DNA of 64,000 nucleotides from a candidate division FCPU426 bacterium. GTDB taxonomy: Bacteria; Oederibacteriota; PGYV01; Palsa-1178. The stretch is from the NCBI GenBank assembly GCA_963840035.1, contig CAWIXE010000002.1, positions 192,001 through 256,000 on the forward strand, read 5' to 3'. The translations under genes and the position numbers were made by a program. Under the pieces are notes generated by a model, which saw only the letters and a list, made by a program, of their open reading frames with translations, was not told the origin of the DNA and made no database searches. Of this stretch, positions 48,746-58,199 are shown one piece after another (positions within the stretch are counted from its first letter, which is position 1; the number at the start of each line of letters is the position of its first letter).

Positions 48746-51700
48746 ATGACCTTATCCGATTCTTCCATCCGTAATCCCGTGATGGCGTGGATGATACTTA
48801 TCGGTATTATCGTATTCGGGGCCATATCTTACTCGGGGCTGGGAAAGTCGCAGATGCCTGACGTGGACTTTCCCGTGCTTACCGTCTCCATAGACTGGCC
48901 CGGCGCTTCGCCTGATGTCGTGGAGACCCAGGTAACGGACGCTGTTGAAGGCGCGGTCATAGGCATAGACGGGGTAAAAGAAATTACATCGTCGTCCACA
49001 AGGGGCAATTCCAGCGTCACCATCCAGTTCGGCCTGGACAAGAACATAGACGTGGCCCTCCAGGAAGTGCAGTCAAAGCTCGCCTCAGCCGCGCGCAACC
49101 TGCCCATAGATATTTTCCCGGCGATCATATCCAAATCAAACCCGGATGACGCGCCCATACTGTGGCTGGCGTTTTCCGGGAACCGGCCCGACCAGTTCCT
49201 CATGGAATACACGAAGAACTACTTAAGCGACGCGTTTGCATCTGTGCCGGGCGTGGCATCTGTCTTCCTCGGGGGATATTTGAATCCTTCGCTGCGGGTG
49301 TGGCTGGACCCGGTGAAAATGGACAAAGAGGAGATCACCACCGACGACGTTTTAAACGCCATATCCACGGGCCACGACGAGGTGCCTGCGGGGTTCCTGG
49401 ATAACGGGGTCAGGGAAACAAGCATCAGGCTGCTGGGGGAGGCGGCCACTGTGGATGAATTCAAGTCCATAGTGATACCTTTCAGGAAAGGCGCCATCAT
49501 ATACAAGAATATAAAGATAGGCGATGTGGCGCGAGTGGAAGAGGGGTTGGAGGATACGACCCGCATGGCAAGGACGCCCGAGGGCCGGGCAGTGGGGCTG
49601 GGCATCAGGAAGCAGCCGGGATCGAACGCGGTGGCGGTGGCGCACGCGGTAAAGGCCAGGGTAAAGGAACTCCAGAAAGGCCTTCCCGAGGGCACGCAGC
49701 TTGACGTGCGCTTTGACACCACAAAATTCATAGAAGACTCCTCTAACGATATGAACGGTGTCATCATTTTATCCGTCCTGCTTACGGCGCTCGTGTGCTG
49801 GCTCTTCCTGGGGACATTTACCACGGCCCTGAACGTGTCGCTGACCATACCCATGTCCATATTCGGCGCCTTTTTTGTCATTAAGGCGTTCGGTTTCACC
49901 CTCAATACATTTACGTTCCTGGGATTATCCCTTGTTATCGGCATAGTCGTGGACGACGCCATCATGATGGTGGAGAACATATCCAGGCACAGGGAAAATA
50001 AGGAGTCAAAGGTTAAAGCCGCGGTCAGGGGGGCACGCGAGATTACATTTGCCGCTGTGGCAGCGACCATGGCCATACTGGCGATATTTCTGCCGGTCAT
50101 ATTCATGCCCGGTGTCATAGGAAGGTATTTTTTCCAGTTCGGTGTGACCATATCCGCGGCAGTGCTCATATCCCTGCTGGGCGCGCTGACCATAACGCCG
50201 ATGTTCGCTTCGCTGTATATGCCGGCGCCGGCGCAGGGCGGCAAAAAGAAGCCGTTCATGGATGTGGCCATGGATAAGCTGAGGGCCGGATACCATGAGG
50301 TCCTGAAAGTATGCCTGAAAAACAGGTGGAAGGTGATATTCGCTTCGTTTCTGGTTTTTGCCGTGTCTATGACACTGTTTTTCTTCGTCAAAAAGGAATT
50401 CGTGCCCGCCCAGGACCAGGCGCGGCTTTCGGTGAATATTCAGACCCCGCCGGGGTCGGCTTTTAAGTTTACGGACGGGGTATTCAGGGAAGCGGAAAAA
50501 ATAGTGGCGGCCAGGCCCGAGGTGGACGGATATTTTTCCATCATCGGTTTCGGCAGCTCGAATTCCGGCGCCATAAATATAGTTTTCAAGGACAAAAAGG
50601 TCAGGCCAAAGGACCCCGCAACCGGCAGGGTGTTAAAACAGATGGAGATAGCAAATGTGCTAAGAAAAGAGCTTAAAAAGGTGCCCGGCTTAAAGACCGT
50701 GACCATGATAGACCCATCGCTGCAGGGCTTTACCGCGAAAAGGGGATATCCGGTGGAATTCATGCTCATGGGCCCGGACTGGGACAAGCTGGCGGAACTG
50801 GCGGCATCCATGACGGATGACATGGAAAAGTCGGGATACATGGTGGACGCTGACTCGGATTACAAGCTCGGCGTGACAGAGGCGCTGGTAAAGCCCGACA
50901 GAAAAAAGGCGGCGGTGCGGGGAGTCAACATGTCCACCATCGGCAATGCCCTTAATGCCTCGTACGGCGGGTTAAAATACGGCAAGTACACAAAGGAAGG
51001 CAAGCGCTTTGACGTGACTGTGGAGCTTGAAAAGCAGGACAGGACCGACATAAACAGCATACTTAATTCATACGTGAGGAACAACGACGGCGAGCTGGTA
51101 AAGCTCGCGCACGTGGTGAGCGTGGAGGAAAAGCCTTCGCTGACTTCGATTACAAGGGAGAACAGGGAAAGGGCGGTCAGGCTCTTTGCCAATGTCGCGC
51201 CCGGCAAGTCGCAGGGTGAGGCGCTCGACGAGGTGGAAAAGCTGGGGGCGAAACTTCCGGAGGGTTACAGGATATTCCTGGTAGGCTCGTCGCAGAGCTT
51301 CAAGGATTCAAACCTGACCCTTATCATCGCGCTGATACTCGGTATCTTTGTGTCATACATGGTCCTGGGCACGCAGTTTAACTCCTTTGTCCACCCCATA
51401 TCGGTGCTAATCGCGCTGCCCTTTTCCGTAACCGGCGCGTTCATAGCGCTTTACTTAAGCGGCCAGACCCTGAATATATACAGCATCATAGGGCTGATAC
51501 TGCTCATGGGCATAGTAAAAAAGAACTCCATACTTCTCGTGGATTTTACCAACCAGCGCCGGAGGGCAGGGATGAAAGTGGAGCAGGCGCTGCTCGAAGC
51601 CTGCCCCATAAGGCTAAGGCCCATACTCATGACATCGGCCGCGACGATTGCCGCGGCCATACCGCCGGCGCTCTCTTTGGGGCCGGGCGCGGAAACCAGG

Positions 51701-51859
51701 GTGCCCATGGCCGTGGTGGTCATAGGAGGAGTATTTTTCTCCACGCTGCTGACGCTCTTTGTGGTGCCATGCGTGTACAGTTTGTTATCAAGCATTGAAA
51801 GCAAGACACATGAAAAGGAAGTGCATGATGCAATGAAAGAGATAGAGGGGAGTCAGTAA
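48746..51859 (+). CDS. RND efflux permease, close paralog of 45409
   Basis: Same motifs (GIVVDDAIMMVENI, VKKNSILLVDF, RLRPILMT); collinear over the full length. Confidence 0.95.
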   Translation: MTLSDSSIRNPVMAWMILIGIIVFGAISYSGLGKSQMPDVDFPVLTVSIDWPGASPDVVETQVTDAVEGAVIGIDGVKEITSSSTRGNSSVTIQFGLDKNIDVALQEVQSKLASAARNLPIDIFPAIISKSNPDDAPILWLAFSGNRPDQFLMEYTKNYLSDAFASVPGVASVFLGGYLNPSLRVWLDPVKMDKEEITTDDVLNAISTGHDEVPAGFLDNGVRETSIRLLGEAATVDEFKSIVIPFRKGAIIYKNIKIGDVARVEEGLEDTTRMARTPEGRAVGLGIRKQPGSNAVAVAHAVKARVKELQKGLPEGTQLDVRFDTTKFIEDSSNDMNGVIILSVLLTALVCWLFLGTFTTALNVSLTIPMSIFGAFFVIKAFGFTLNTFTFLGLSLVIGIVVDDAIMMVENISRHRENKESKVKAAVRGAREITFAAVAATMAILAIFLPVIFMPGVIGRYFFQFGVTISAAVLISLLGALTITPMFASLYMPAPAQGGKKKPFMDVAMDKLRAGYHEVLKVCLKNRWKVIFASFLVFAVSMTLFFFVKKEFVPAQDQARLSVNIQTPPGSAFKFTDGVFREAEKIVAARPEVDGYFSIIGFGSSNSGAINIVFKDKKVRPKDPATGRVLKQMEIANVLRKELKKVPGLKTVTMIDPSLQGFTAKRGYPVEFMLMGPDWDKLAELAASMTDDMEKSGYMVDADSDYKLGVTEALVKPDRKKAAVRGVNMSTIGNALNASYGGLKYGKYTKEGKRFDVTVELEKQDRTDINSILNSYVRNNDGELVKLAHVVSVEEKPSLTSITRENRERAVRLFANVAPGKSQGEALDEVEKLGAKLPEGYRIFLVGSSQSFKDSNLTLIIALILGIFVSYMVLGTQFNSFVHPISVLIALPFSVTGAFIALYLSGQTLNIYSIIGLILLMGIVKKNSILLVDFTNQRRRAGMKVEQALLEACPIRLRPILMTSAATIAAAIPPALSLGPGAETRVPMAVVVIGGVFFSTLLTLFVVPCVYSLLSSIESKTHEKEVHDAMKEIEGSQ

Positions 51860-51862
51860 TAA

Positions 51863-52549
51863 CCTTAACCCTTACCCTTAATTCTTATCCTTAGCTCTTG
51901 GACCTGGTTTTTAAGGTCCAAAGGCTAAGGGTAAGGGATAAGGATAAGGGTTAAGGCCGCCTTAACCCTTACCCTTAATTCTTATCCTTAGCTCTTGGAT
52001 CTGGTTTTTAAGGTCCAAAGGCTAAGGGTAAGGGATAAGGATAAGGGTTAAGGCCGCCTTAACCCTTACCCTTAATTCTTATCCTTAGCTCTTGGATCTG
52101 GTTTTTAAGGTCCAAAGGCTAAGGGTAAGGGATAAGGATAAGGATAAGGGTTAAGGCTGCCTTAACCCTTACCCTTAATTTTTATCCTTAGCTCTTGGAT
52201 CTGGTTTTTAAGGTCTAAAGGCTAAGGATAAGGGATAAGGATAAGGGTTAAGGCCGCCTTAACCCTTACCCTTAATTCTTATCCTTAGCTCTTGGACCTG
52301 GTTTTTAAGGTCCAAAGGCTAAGGGTAAGGGATAAGGATAAGGGTTAAGGCCGCCTTAACCCTTACCCTTAATTCTTATCCTTAGCTCTTGGACCTGGTT
52401 TTTAAGGTCCAAAGGCTAAGGCTAAGGGTAAGGGATAAAGATAAGGGTTAAGGCAGCCTTAACCCTTACCCTTAATTCTTATCCTTAGCTCTTGGATCTG
52501 GTTTTTAAGGTCCAAAGGCTAAGGATAAGGGATAAGGATAAGGGTTAAG
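51863..52549. repeat. Tandem array of 7 palindromic units of 97-103 bp (last slightly truncated)
   Basis: Units start at 51863, 51960, 52057, 52160, 52257, 52354 and 52457. Each reads ccttaacccttaccc...ttggacc-tggtttttaa-ggtccaa...gggttaagg. Confidence 0.95.
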
Positions 52550-52570
52550 AAAAATCTTTAGGAGGTGTTC

Positions 52571-52960
52571 ATGGACAGGGTAACGCATTTTGAAATACCT
52601 TTTGACAACAAGGCACGCGCTTTAAAGTTTTACTCGGGGATCTTCGGCTGGGAAACCATGGACATACCTGAGATGAACTATGTCATGGTCCACGCGGCAA
52701 AGACCGACAAAAAGAACATGGTCGCTGAAAAAGGGGCGATAAACGGCGGGCTATTTCCCAGGGAGGACAAGGCGAAGAATCCCATCGTCGTCATAGGGGT
52801 GGATTCCATAGACGAGACGGTTAAAAAAGTCCTTGCCGGCGGCGGCAGGCTCATCATGCCAAAGCAGCCCATACCAAACGGCTCATACGCGCGCATAGCC
52901 GACAGCGAGGGGAATATTATAGGGCTCGCGGACATGTCAAAGACAGAAAACAAAAAATAA
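52571..52960 (+). CDS. VOC/glyoxalase family protein
   Basis: VTHFEIP...FYSGIFGW, GAINGG, VDSID, DSEGNIIGL. Confidence 0.9.
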   Translation: MDRVTHFEIPFDNKARALKFYSGIFGWETMDIPEMNYVMVHAAKTDKKNMVAEKGAINGGLFPREDKAKNPIVVIGVDSIDETVKKVLAGGGRLIMPKQPIPNGSYARIADSEGNIIGLADMSKTENKK

Positions 52961-52970
52961 GGGGGAACAA

Positions 52971-53516
52971 ATGGGTAAATTCGCAGCAGCGGCAATTGCG
53001 GTAATCATCGCGGCATTTTTAATCTACGCCGCGACAAAGCCGGACACTTTCACTGTCCAGCGCTCCATCGTCATCAAGGCATCACCGGAAAAGATTTTTC
53101 CGCTTATCGAGGACTTCCACGCGTGGGCAGGCTGGTCGCCCTTTGAGAAGCTCGACCCGGCAATGACAAAGACTTTTACAGGCCCGGCAAAAGGCGTGGG
53201 CGCGGTCTATACGTGGGCAGGCAACAAAAAAGCGGGCGAAGGCAGGATGGAAATAACACAGGCCAAAGCCCCGGAAAAACTGGTAATCAAGCTGGACTTT
53301 ACCAAGCCCATGATGGCCAGCAACACCACGGAATACACCCTGGTTAAAAAAGGGGAAGAAACAGAAGTCACCTGGACAATGAACGGAAAGAACAACTACA
53401 TGTCCAAGCTCTTTCAGATAGTGGTAAGCATGGACGCCATGCTTGGCAATGACTTTACAGAAGGCTTAAATAACCTCAAAGCGCTGGCGGAAAAACAGGG
53501 AACCGCAAAGAAATAG
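52971..53516 (+). CDS. SRPBCC/polyketide-cyclase family protein
   Basis: FTVQRSIVIKASPEKIF, WAGWSPF, GEGRMEI, TEVTWTM, GLNNLKALAE. Confidence 0.9.
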   Translation: MGKFAAAAIAVIIAAFLIYAATKPDTFTVQRSIVIKASPEKIFPLIEDFHAWAGWSPFEKLDPAMTKTFTGPAKGVGAVYTWAGNKKAGEGRMEITQAKAPEKLVIKLDFTKPMMASNTTEYTLVKKGEETEVTWTMNGKNNYMSKLFQIVVSMDAMLGNDFTEGLNNLKALAEKQGTAKK

Positions 53517-53542
53517 GGCAAAATATAAAATTAAAAGTCATT

Positions 53543-53567
53543 GTAGAGAGGGGGCTTGCCCCCTCTC
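53543..53567. repeat. GTAG-tagged REP gtagagagggggcttgccccctctc
   Basis: Identical copy at 62466-62490 and a partial copy at the window end (63982-64000). Confidence 0.85.
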
Positions 53568-53619
53568 AGACAATGGCTTTTTATGCTTAAGGATGTATAA
53601 AACACATACCGGAGGGGCC

Positions 53620-54276
53620 ATGAAAATACTGGTGCTCGGCGCAACAGGAAGGACAGGAAAGTATGTCATAGAAGAAGCATTAAGGAAGGGCCACAAGGTA
53701 TCGGCAATCGTGCGCGACCCGCAGAAGCTCAAGGGTTATGACGTAGAAATAACGGAAGGCACACCGTATGATTACGAGACTGTTAAAAAAGCCATGTCAG
53801 GCTGTGACGCGGTCATAAACGTTTTGAACGTCTCCAGGACGTCAGACAATTTCTGGGCGCCGCTCCGCTCGCCGAAAGACATGATATCAGCCTCGGCCGC
53901 AAACGCCGTCATGGCCATGGAAAAATGCGGGGTTACAAGATTCGTCGCGCTGGGTGCCATAGGCGCGGGCCGCTCATGGAAATCCATCCCGTGGATAATG
54001 AAGCTGGCGATAAACGGAAGCAACCTAAAATACGCCTTCGAAGACCACGGCAGGCAGGAAAAAATCCTTGAGGATTCAGCCGTGGATTACACAGTATGCC
54101 GCGCCCCCATGCTAGCCCCTGAAAACAATGACACAGGAGCCGAAGCAACTCCGGAAACCAAACCACCCGCAAGTATGAGTTTAAGCAGGAACTCCGCGGC
54201 GGAGTTTTTTATAAGGATAATAGAGAATAAGGAGTACATAAGACAGATGATAAACCTGGCGAATAAACCGAAATAA
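53620..54276 (+). CDS. NAD(P)H-binding protein (BVR-B/atypical SDR-like)
   Basis: MKILVLGATGRTG...GHKVSAIVRDP; start behind GGAGG. Confidence 0.88.
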   Translation: MKILVLGATGRTGKYVIEEALRKGHKVSAIVRDPQKLKGYDVEITEGTPYDYETVKKAMSGCDAVINVLNVSRTSDNFWAPLRSPKDMISASAANAVMAMEKCGVTRFVALGAIGAGRSWKSIPWIMKLAINGSNLKYAFEDHGRQEKILEDSAVDYTVCRAPMLAPENNDTGAEATPETKPPASMSLSRNSAAEFFIRIIENKEYIRQMINLANKPK

Positions 54277-54307
54277 AAATGTTAGCACGTGTTCTTTTTG
54301 CTTTTTC

Positions 54308-54490
54308 ATCCCTCTCCCCCCGGGAGAGGGTAGGGTGAGGGGGCGTAAGAACAAAATTCACCTCACCCCAGCCCCTCTCTCCCCCGCAAGGGGGGACTAT
54401 AAATAGCTAAGAGGAGAGGGGCGTAATGTAACAAACATAAAGTTTTGTCCTTTTATCCCTCTCCCTCCGGGAGAGGGTAGGGTGAGGGGA
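54308..54490. repeat. CCCTCTCCC...GGGAGAGGGTAGGGTGAGGGG REP-like cluster (three elements, middle one inverted with an internal insert)
   Basis: Forward copies at ~54310 and ~54457; inverted cctcaccccagcccctctc...gagaggg at ~54361-54421. Confidence 0.8.
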
Positions 54491-54588
54491 CGGCAGGGGA
54501 ATATTGCTTGCGGATGTTTAAAAATCAAAGTAAAATACTCCAATAGAGCTACGCAATCAGTCAATATCACATTTGTCTGCGGGGGAGT

Positions 54589-55338
54589 ATGAAAAAAATT
54601 ATATTTACGGCTCTGGCGCTTGCCTTATCCGTGAACATCACGGCCGGAGCGCTTTCCGAACCGAAATGGGAAAAAGTCAGCCTTGATAAAGGGCCGGTCA
54701 AAAAGAGCATAGAAAAGAAAATGGGGAAGATCAGAAAAACGGATGAAGTCTACGCCGACCTGACATGCTGCCAGGGCATAAACGCGTACATAGTGGACAG
54801 GCCGGAGAAAAAAAAGATACAACCGGATAAAAGCGAGCCATATTCGAGGATATTCCTCTTTAATAAAAAGAATGAACTGATCGCATGGTTTGAAAACTCA
54901 AGGACGGATACATTTTATACCTTCACGGTTGACAATAAGCAGCTTTACCTCTTCTCCCTCAGCGAAAACCCGTATGAGGCATTTTCTGAAGCCTACTATG
55001 AAATATTTTTCGTTTCTGATAATAAACTCACAAGCGTGCTAAAAGCCTTCGCGGGAAATTACGCGCTGAATGCCCCGTGCCTTGTAAATCTGGACCTTAA
55101 GAATTACGCCGCGCCCGGCATAGAACTGGCGTTTAAGGATAAAAACAGGGAGATATACTCCAGGATAAGCGTGACTGAAATAGCGGGAAGCAAGAGGACA
55201 AAGGAATTTGCAAAGAAGTATGATAAAAAGAAGGTTGTTTTCAGGTGGGACGGCAGTAAGTACGCAGCAAAATTGAAAGGTTTTGACGGTATAAGCGGGG
55301 AATTAAAGGAACTGGAAAAAACAGAACCGCTGCACTGA
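54589..55338 (+). CDS. Hypothetical secreted protein
   Basis: Signal peptide; GGGAG RBS; no family recognised. Confidence 0.7.
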   Translation: MKKIIFTALALALSVNITAGALSEPKWEKVSLDKGPVKKSIEKKMGKIRKTDEVYADLTCCQGINAYIVDRPEKKKIQPDKSEPYSRIFLFNKKNELIAWFENSRTDTFYTFTVDNKQLYLFSLSENPYEAFSEAYYEIFFVSDNKLTSVLKAFAGNYALNAPCLVNLDLKNYAAPGIELAFKDKNREIYSRISVTEIAGSKRTKEFAKKYDKKKVVFRWDGSKYAAKLKGFDGISGELKELEKTEPLH

Positions 55339-55467
55339 GCCGGCGATTTACCGGATTCCGGACGTTTGATCGGCTTCGGCAATCGCGATGTGAGGCCTGG
55401 CGGAAAAACCGCTTGACGATAAATCCGGGATGATATAATATGATCGAAATTTCACGGGGGGTATTAA

Positions 55468-56190
55468 ATGAAAAAAATAACAGTTTTGACGATTGCCGTA
55501 ATAATCGCTGCGGTTTTAATTTCCTGCAGCAAAGATTCTCCGACAGTCGTAAATCCGGTTGCCAACACCTATGTGGCGCAGTTCCAGCAGGGCGTGCTGC
55601 CTTCATCCGCTTATAACGGAATTAATGACACGCACATAACAAACGCGGCAGGGAAGACAGACCACTCATTTGCCACCTGCGATACGATTTCGCTCGGCAG
55701 GCAGACTACAAACGTATACAGGATTGCCATATCGTGCGCCATGAACTCCATACCTTCCTCGGCAAAAGTGACAAAGGCTTTTCTTACGCTCACCGGGCAG
55801 ACCATGGATACTACCGGGCTCACTGCCACGGCATACGCCCAGTCAGATTACTGGTTCCAGGGAAGCAACGGATGCGACATACTTTATACTAATCCGATGG
55901 ATGGCAGGTGGAACGGCCCGTGGACAGCCGGAGGCAGCCTCGTAAATCCGATGAGCAACTCGGCATTTATTTCCTATAACGCGCCCAACAGGCAGCTGAC
56001 ACTGGAACTTGATACAACCACGGTCCAGAACTGGGTCAAGTACGGCGTATCTTCATACCCGGACGCGAATAACGGGCTTGTCATAAAGGCCTCGGATGAA
56101 GTAGCAGGAGGCTATGCGGCGTTTATTTCGAGTGATAACAGCATATACCTGATGTACCGTCCAATATTTACAATATACTACCAGCTTTAA
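55468..56190 (+). CDS. Lipoprotein with DNRLRE/CBM96-like domain
   Basis: LISC lipobox; DTHI, VTKAFLTL, VQNWV...NNGLVIK...FISSD...RP pattern. Confidence 0.7.
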   Translation: MKKITVLTIAVIIAAVLISCSKDSPTVVNPVANTYVAQFQQGVLPSSAYNGINDTHITNAAGKTDHSFATCDTISLGRQTTNVYRIAISCAMNSIPSSAKVTKAFLTLTGQTMDTTGLTATAYAQSDYWFQGSNGCDILYTNPMDGRWNGPWTAGGSLVNPMSNSAFISYNAPNRQLTLELDTTTVQNWVKYGVSSYPDANNGLVIKASDEVAGGYAAFISSDNSIYLMYRPIFTIYYQL

Positions 56191-56310
56191 TAGCGGTTTT
56201 GCGGGGCGCGAATTGACAGTTTTATCGCTCGGGATTTGTCCGTTGTTTTTTTTGATTTTTGGCGGTGTTTGTAAATATTAAAATTCCAATAATAATAAGG
56301 GGAGGAATAC

Positions 56311-57006
56311 ATGAAGTCAAAATTTATTGTTTTTATTTCCATCGCTTTACTCTTGTTTTTCGCTTTCAGCTGTAAAAAAACAAACCCGGCAGCCTCAGAT
56401 GACCCGGCTGCCAATACCGCCACTGTGACATGCACAAAAACAACCACCGAGACCGCGACCGCTTCACCGACCGCGACGTCAAGTCCTACAGCGACAGCGA
56501 CCATAAAGATAGTTTTAGACCAGCATTTCGACTCAACCGTGGAAGGCTGGACGCTTGACCCGGCAAAGACAGGCGGCGTTTCCATAGCTTTCCATGACAC
56601 TGACCCGTACGGCGCGCTGGGAACTACGGGCTGCGCAAAGGTAAGCTGTAACTTTACCGGAGCCGGCGGTTATTCCACGGCAGCCTCATCACTGGCTATA
56701 GTTTATGACTTCCCGTCGCCTGTCGACCTGAAAAGGCACAGCGTGAGTTTTAACCTTTATATCCCGTCGAGCCTCTCAGCGCTGTCATACGGCATACAGC
56801 TGGAGTTTTCCACGGTAAATAACTCAACTTATCACGGTGTAGTCAGTTTTGGTCTTACAACGTCAGACTGGAACAGTTTCCAGATAAGTTATAACAGTGC
56901 GCCTTCTGACGCGGACCAGACGAATTCAGTAAGGTTTCTCATATGGATGCCGGCAAGCAGTACGCCATGGGCCGGGGATATTTATCTTGATGAGATATAC
57001 TGGTAA
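56311..57006 (+). CDS. Lipoprotein with short Thr stalk and CBM-like beta-sandwich
   Basis: FAFS-CKKTNP; FDSTVEGW...PVDL...IYLDEI. Confidence 0.75.
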   Translation: MKSKFIVFISIALLLFFAFSCKKTNPAASDDPAANTATVTCTKTTTETATASPTATSSPTATATIKIVLDQHFDSTVEGWTLDPAKTGGVSIAFHDTDPYGALGTTGCAKVSCNFTGAGGYSTAASSLAIVYDFPSPVDLKRHSVSFNLYIPSSLSALSYGIQLEFSTVNNSTYHGVVSFGLTTSDWNSFQISYNSAPSDADQTNSVRFLIWMPASSTPWAGDIYLDEIYW

Positions 57007-57018
57007 AAAAGCATAGAA

Positions 57019-57048
57019 CAAAAGGGCGGGTGAAAACCCGCCCTTTTG
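57019..57048 (+). terminator. Rho-independent terminator
   Basis: caaaagggcgggt-gaaa-acccgcccttttg. Confidence 0.85.
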
Positions 57049-57247
57049 CATTTTAGGCCGGAGTAAAGGGGAGATGGGATTGCTGATTTAGTAAGATAAA
57101 CCATCCCAAAACCAAAGATTTATTGTAATCATTACAGTTTTGTAATGCGGAAACGATTTAAATCTGTCTATGGATTTATTTCCCGCAGAGGTATATAATA
57201 TTTTCACGATACCTAATGGGACATACACAAACGGAAAAATGTTGAAG

Positions 57248-57514
57248 GCGAGACACAGCAAGCTGTGTCTCTACAAAAAACAATTGAGAAACCTCCCTTC
57301 GTAGAGCCGCTGCTTGCTGCGGCTCAGACGTTGAAGGGCGAATGATGTAAGCATTGTGTTCTCGTAGGGGCGATTTCCACGGGACTTCGCACGAATCGCC
57401 CAAACCAAGACAATTATTGATAACCACTGTAGAGACGCAGCTTGCCTGCGTCTCAGACGTTGAAGGGCGAGACACAGCATCCTTCGACATGCTCAGGATT
57501 AGGCTGTGTCTCTA
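57248..57514. repeat. Cluster of five GTAG-tagged REP-like palindromes
   Basis: Copies at 57248, 57301, 57364, 57429 and 57468. Confidence 0.8.
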
Positions 57515-57535
57515 AAAAAAACACCAGGAGCAACC

Positions 57536-58168
57536 GTGACCGCACGCGACGCATCGTTAAAAACCACCCTCATCCTATTTCTGTTTTTATGTTTGTTCTT
57601 GTCCTCATCCTGCACTCATAACAAATCCACCGAAGTGGAAGCCACCTTCGGAAAAGAGGGGAAAATGTCCAAAAAAGTCCTGGTAGCCTACGCATCCTTC
57701 TCAGGCTCTACAGCTGAGACGGCGATGTTTATAGGGAAGAAGTTAGGGGAAAAAGGAATGGCAGTGGATGTAAAGCCGGTTGAAAAGACAAAAAGCGTGG
57801 AAGGCTACGACCGGGTAATAATAGGCTCAGCCGTCATGATGGGCAAGCTAAAGCCATCGGTTGTGGCCTTCACAGAAAAGAACAAAACCGCCTTAAACAA
57901 GGTCCCGGTCTCGCTCTTCATAGTCTGCCTGACCATGGCCAAAGACACGCCAGAGAATAGAAAAACAGCCTCAGGTTACCTGGACCCGTTAAAAGCGCAG
58001 GTTAAGCCGGTAGGTCCTGAAGGGTTATTTCCGGGGAGGGTACGTTTTAAGGATTTGCCATACCCACAGAAGTTTTTGACATGGCTGCCGGCGTTTAAAA
58101 AGGCTGTGCCGGAGATGGATAGTTTGGATTGGGTGGGGGTGGAGAAGTGGGTGGGGGAAGTGAAGTAG
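57536..58168 (+). CDS. Flavodoxin-domain protein (HemG-like), possibly lipid-anchored
   Basis: VLVAYASFSGSTAETA, YDRVIIGSAV..G, VPVSLF, DW..V..W. GTG 57536 behind AGGAG gives a lipobox (LSSSC); alternative start ATG 57665. Confidence 0.8.
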   Translation: MTARDASLKTTLILFLFLCLFLSSSCTHNKSTEVEATFGKEGKMSKKVLVAYASFSGSTAETAMFIGKKLGEKGMAVDVKPVEKTKSVEGYDRVIIGSAVMMGKLKPSVVAFTEKNKTALNKVPVSLFIVCLTMAKDTPENRKTASGYLDPLKAQVKPVGPEGLFPGRVRFKDLPYPQKFLTWLPAFKKAVPEMDSLDWVGVEKWVGEVK

Positions 58169-58199
58169 ATATGAAGTTAAAGAAACAAGTTAAAAAAAC

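Noticed and set aside
49219..50391. 390-aa minus-strand ORF
   Set aside because: Fully antisense to a clear RND permease; a similar shadow ORF occurs opposite the paralog.
51863..52549. CRISPR array
   Set aside because: Units are ~97 bp, near-identical end to end, with no unique spacers, and there are no cas genes in the window.
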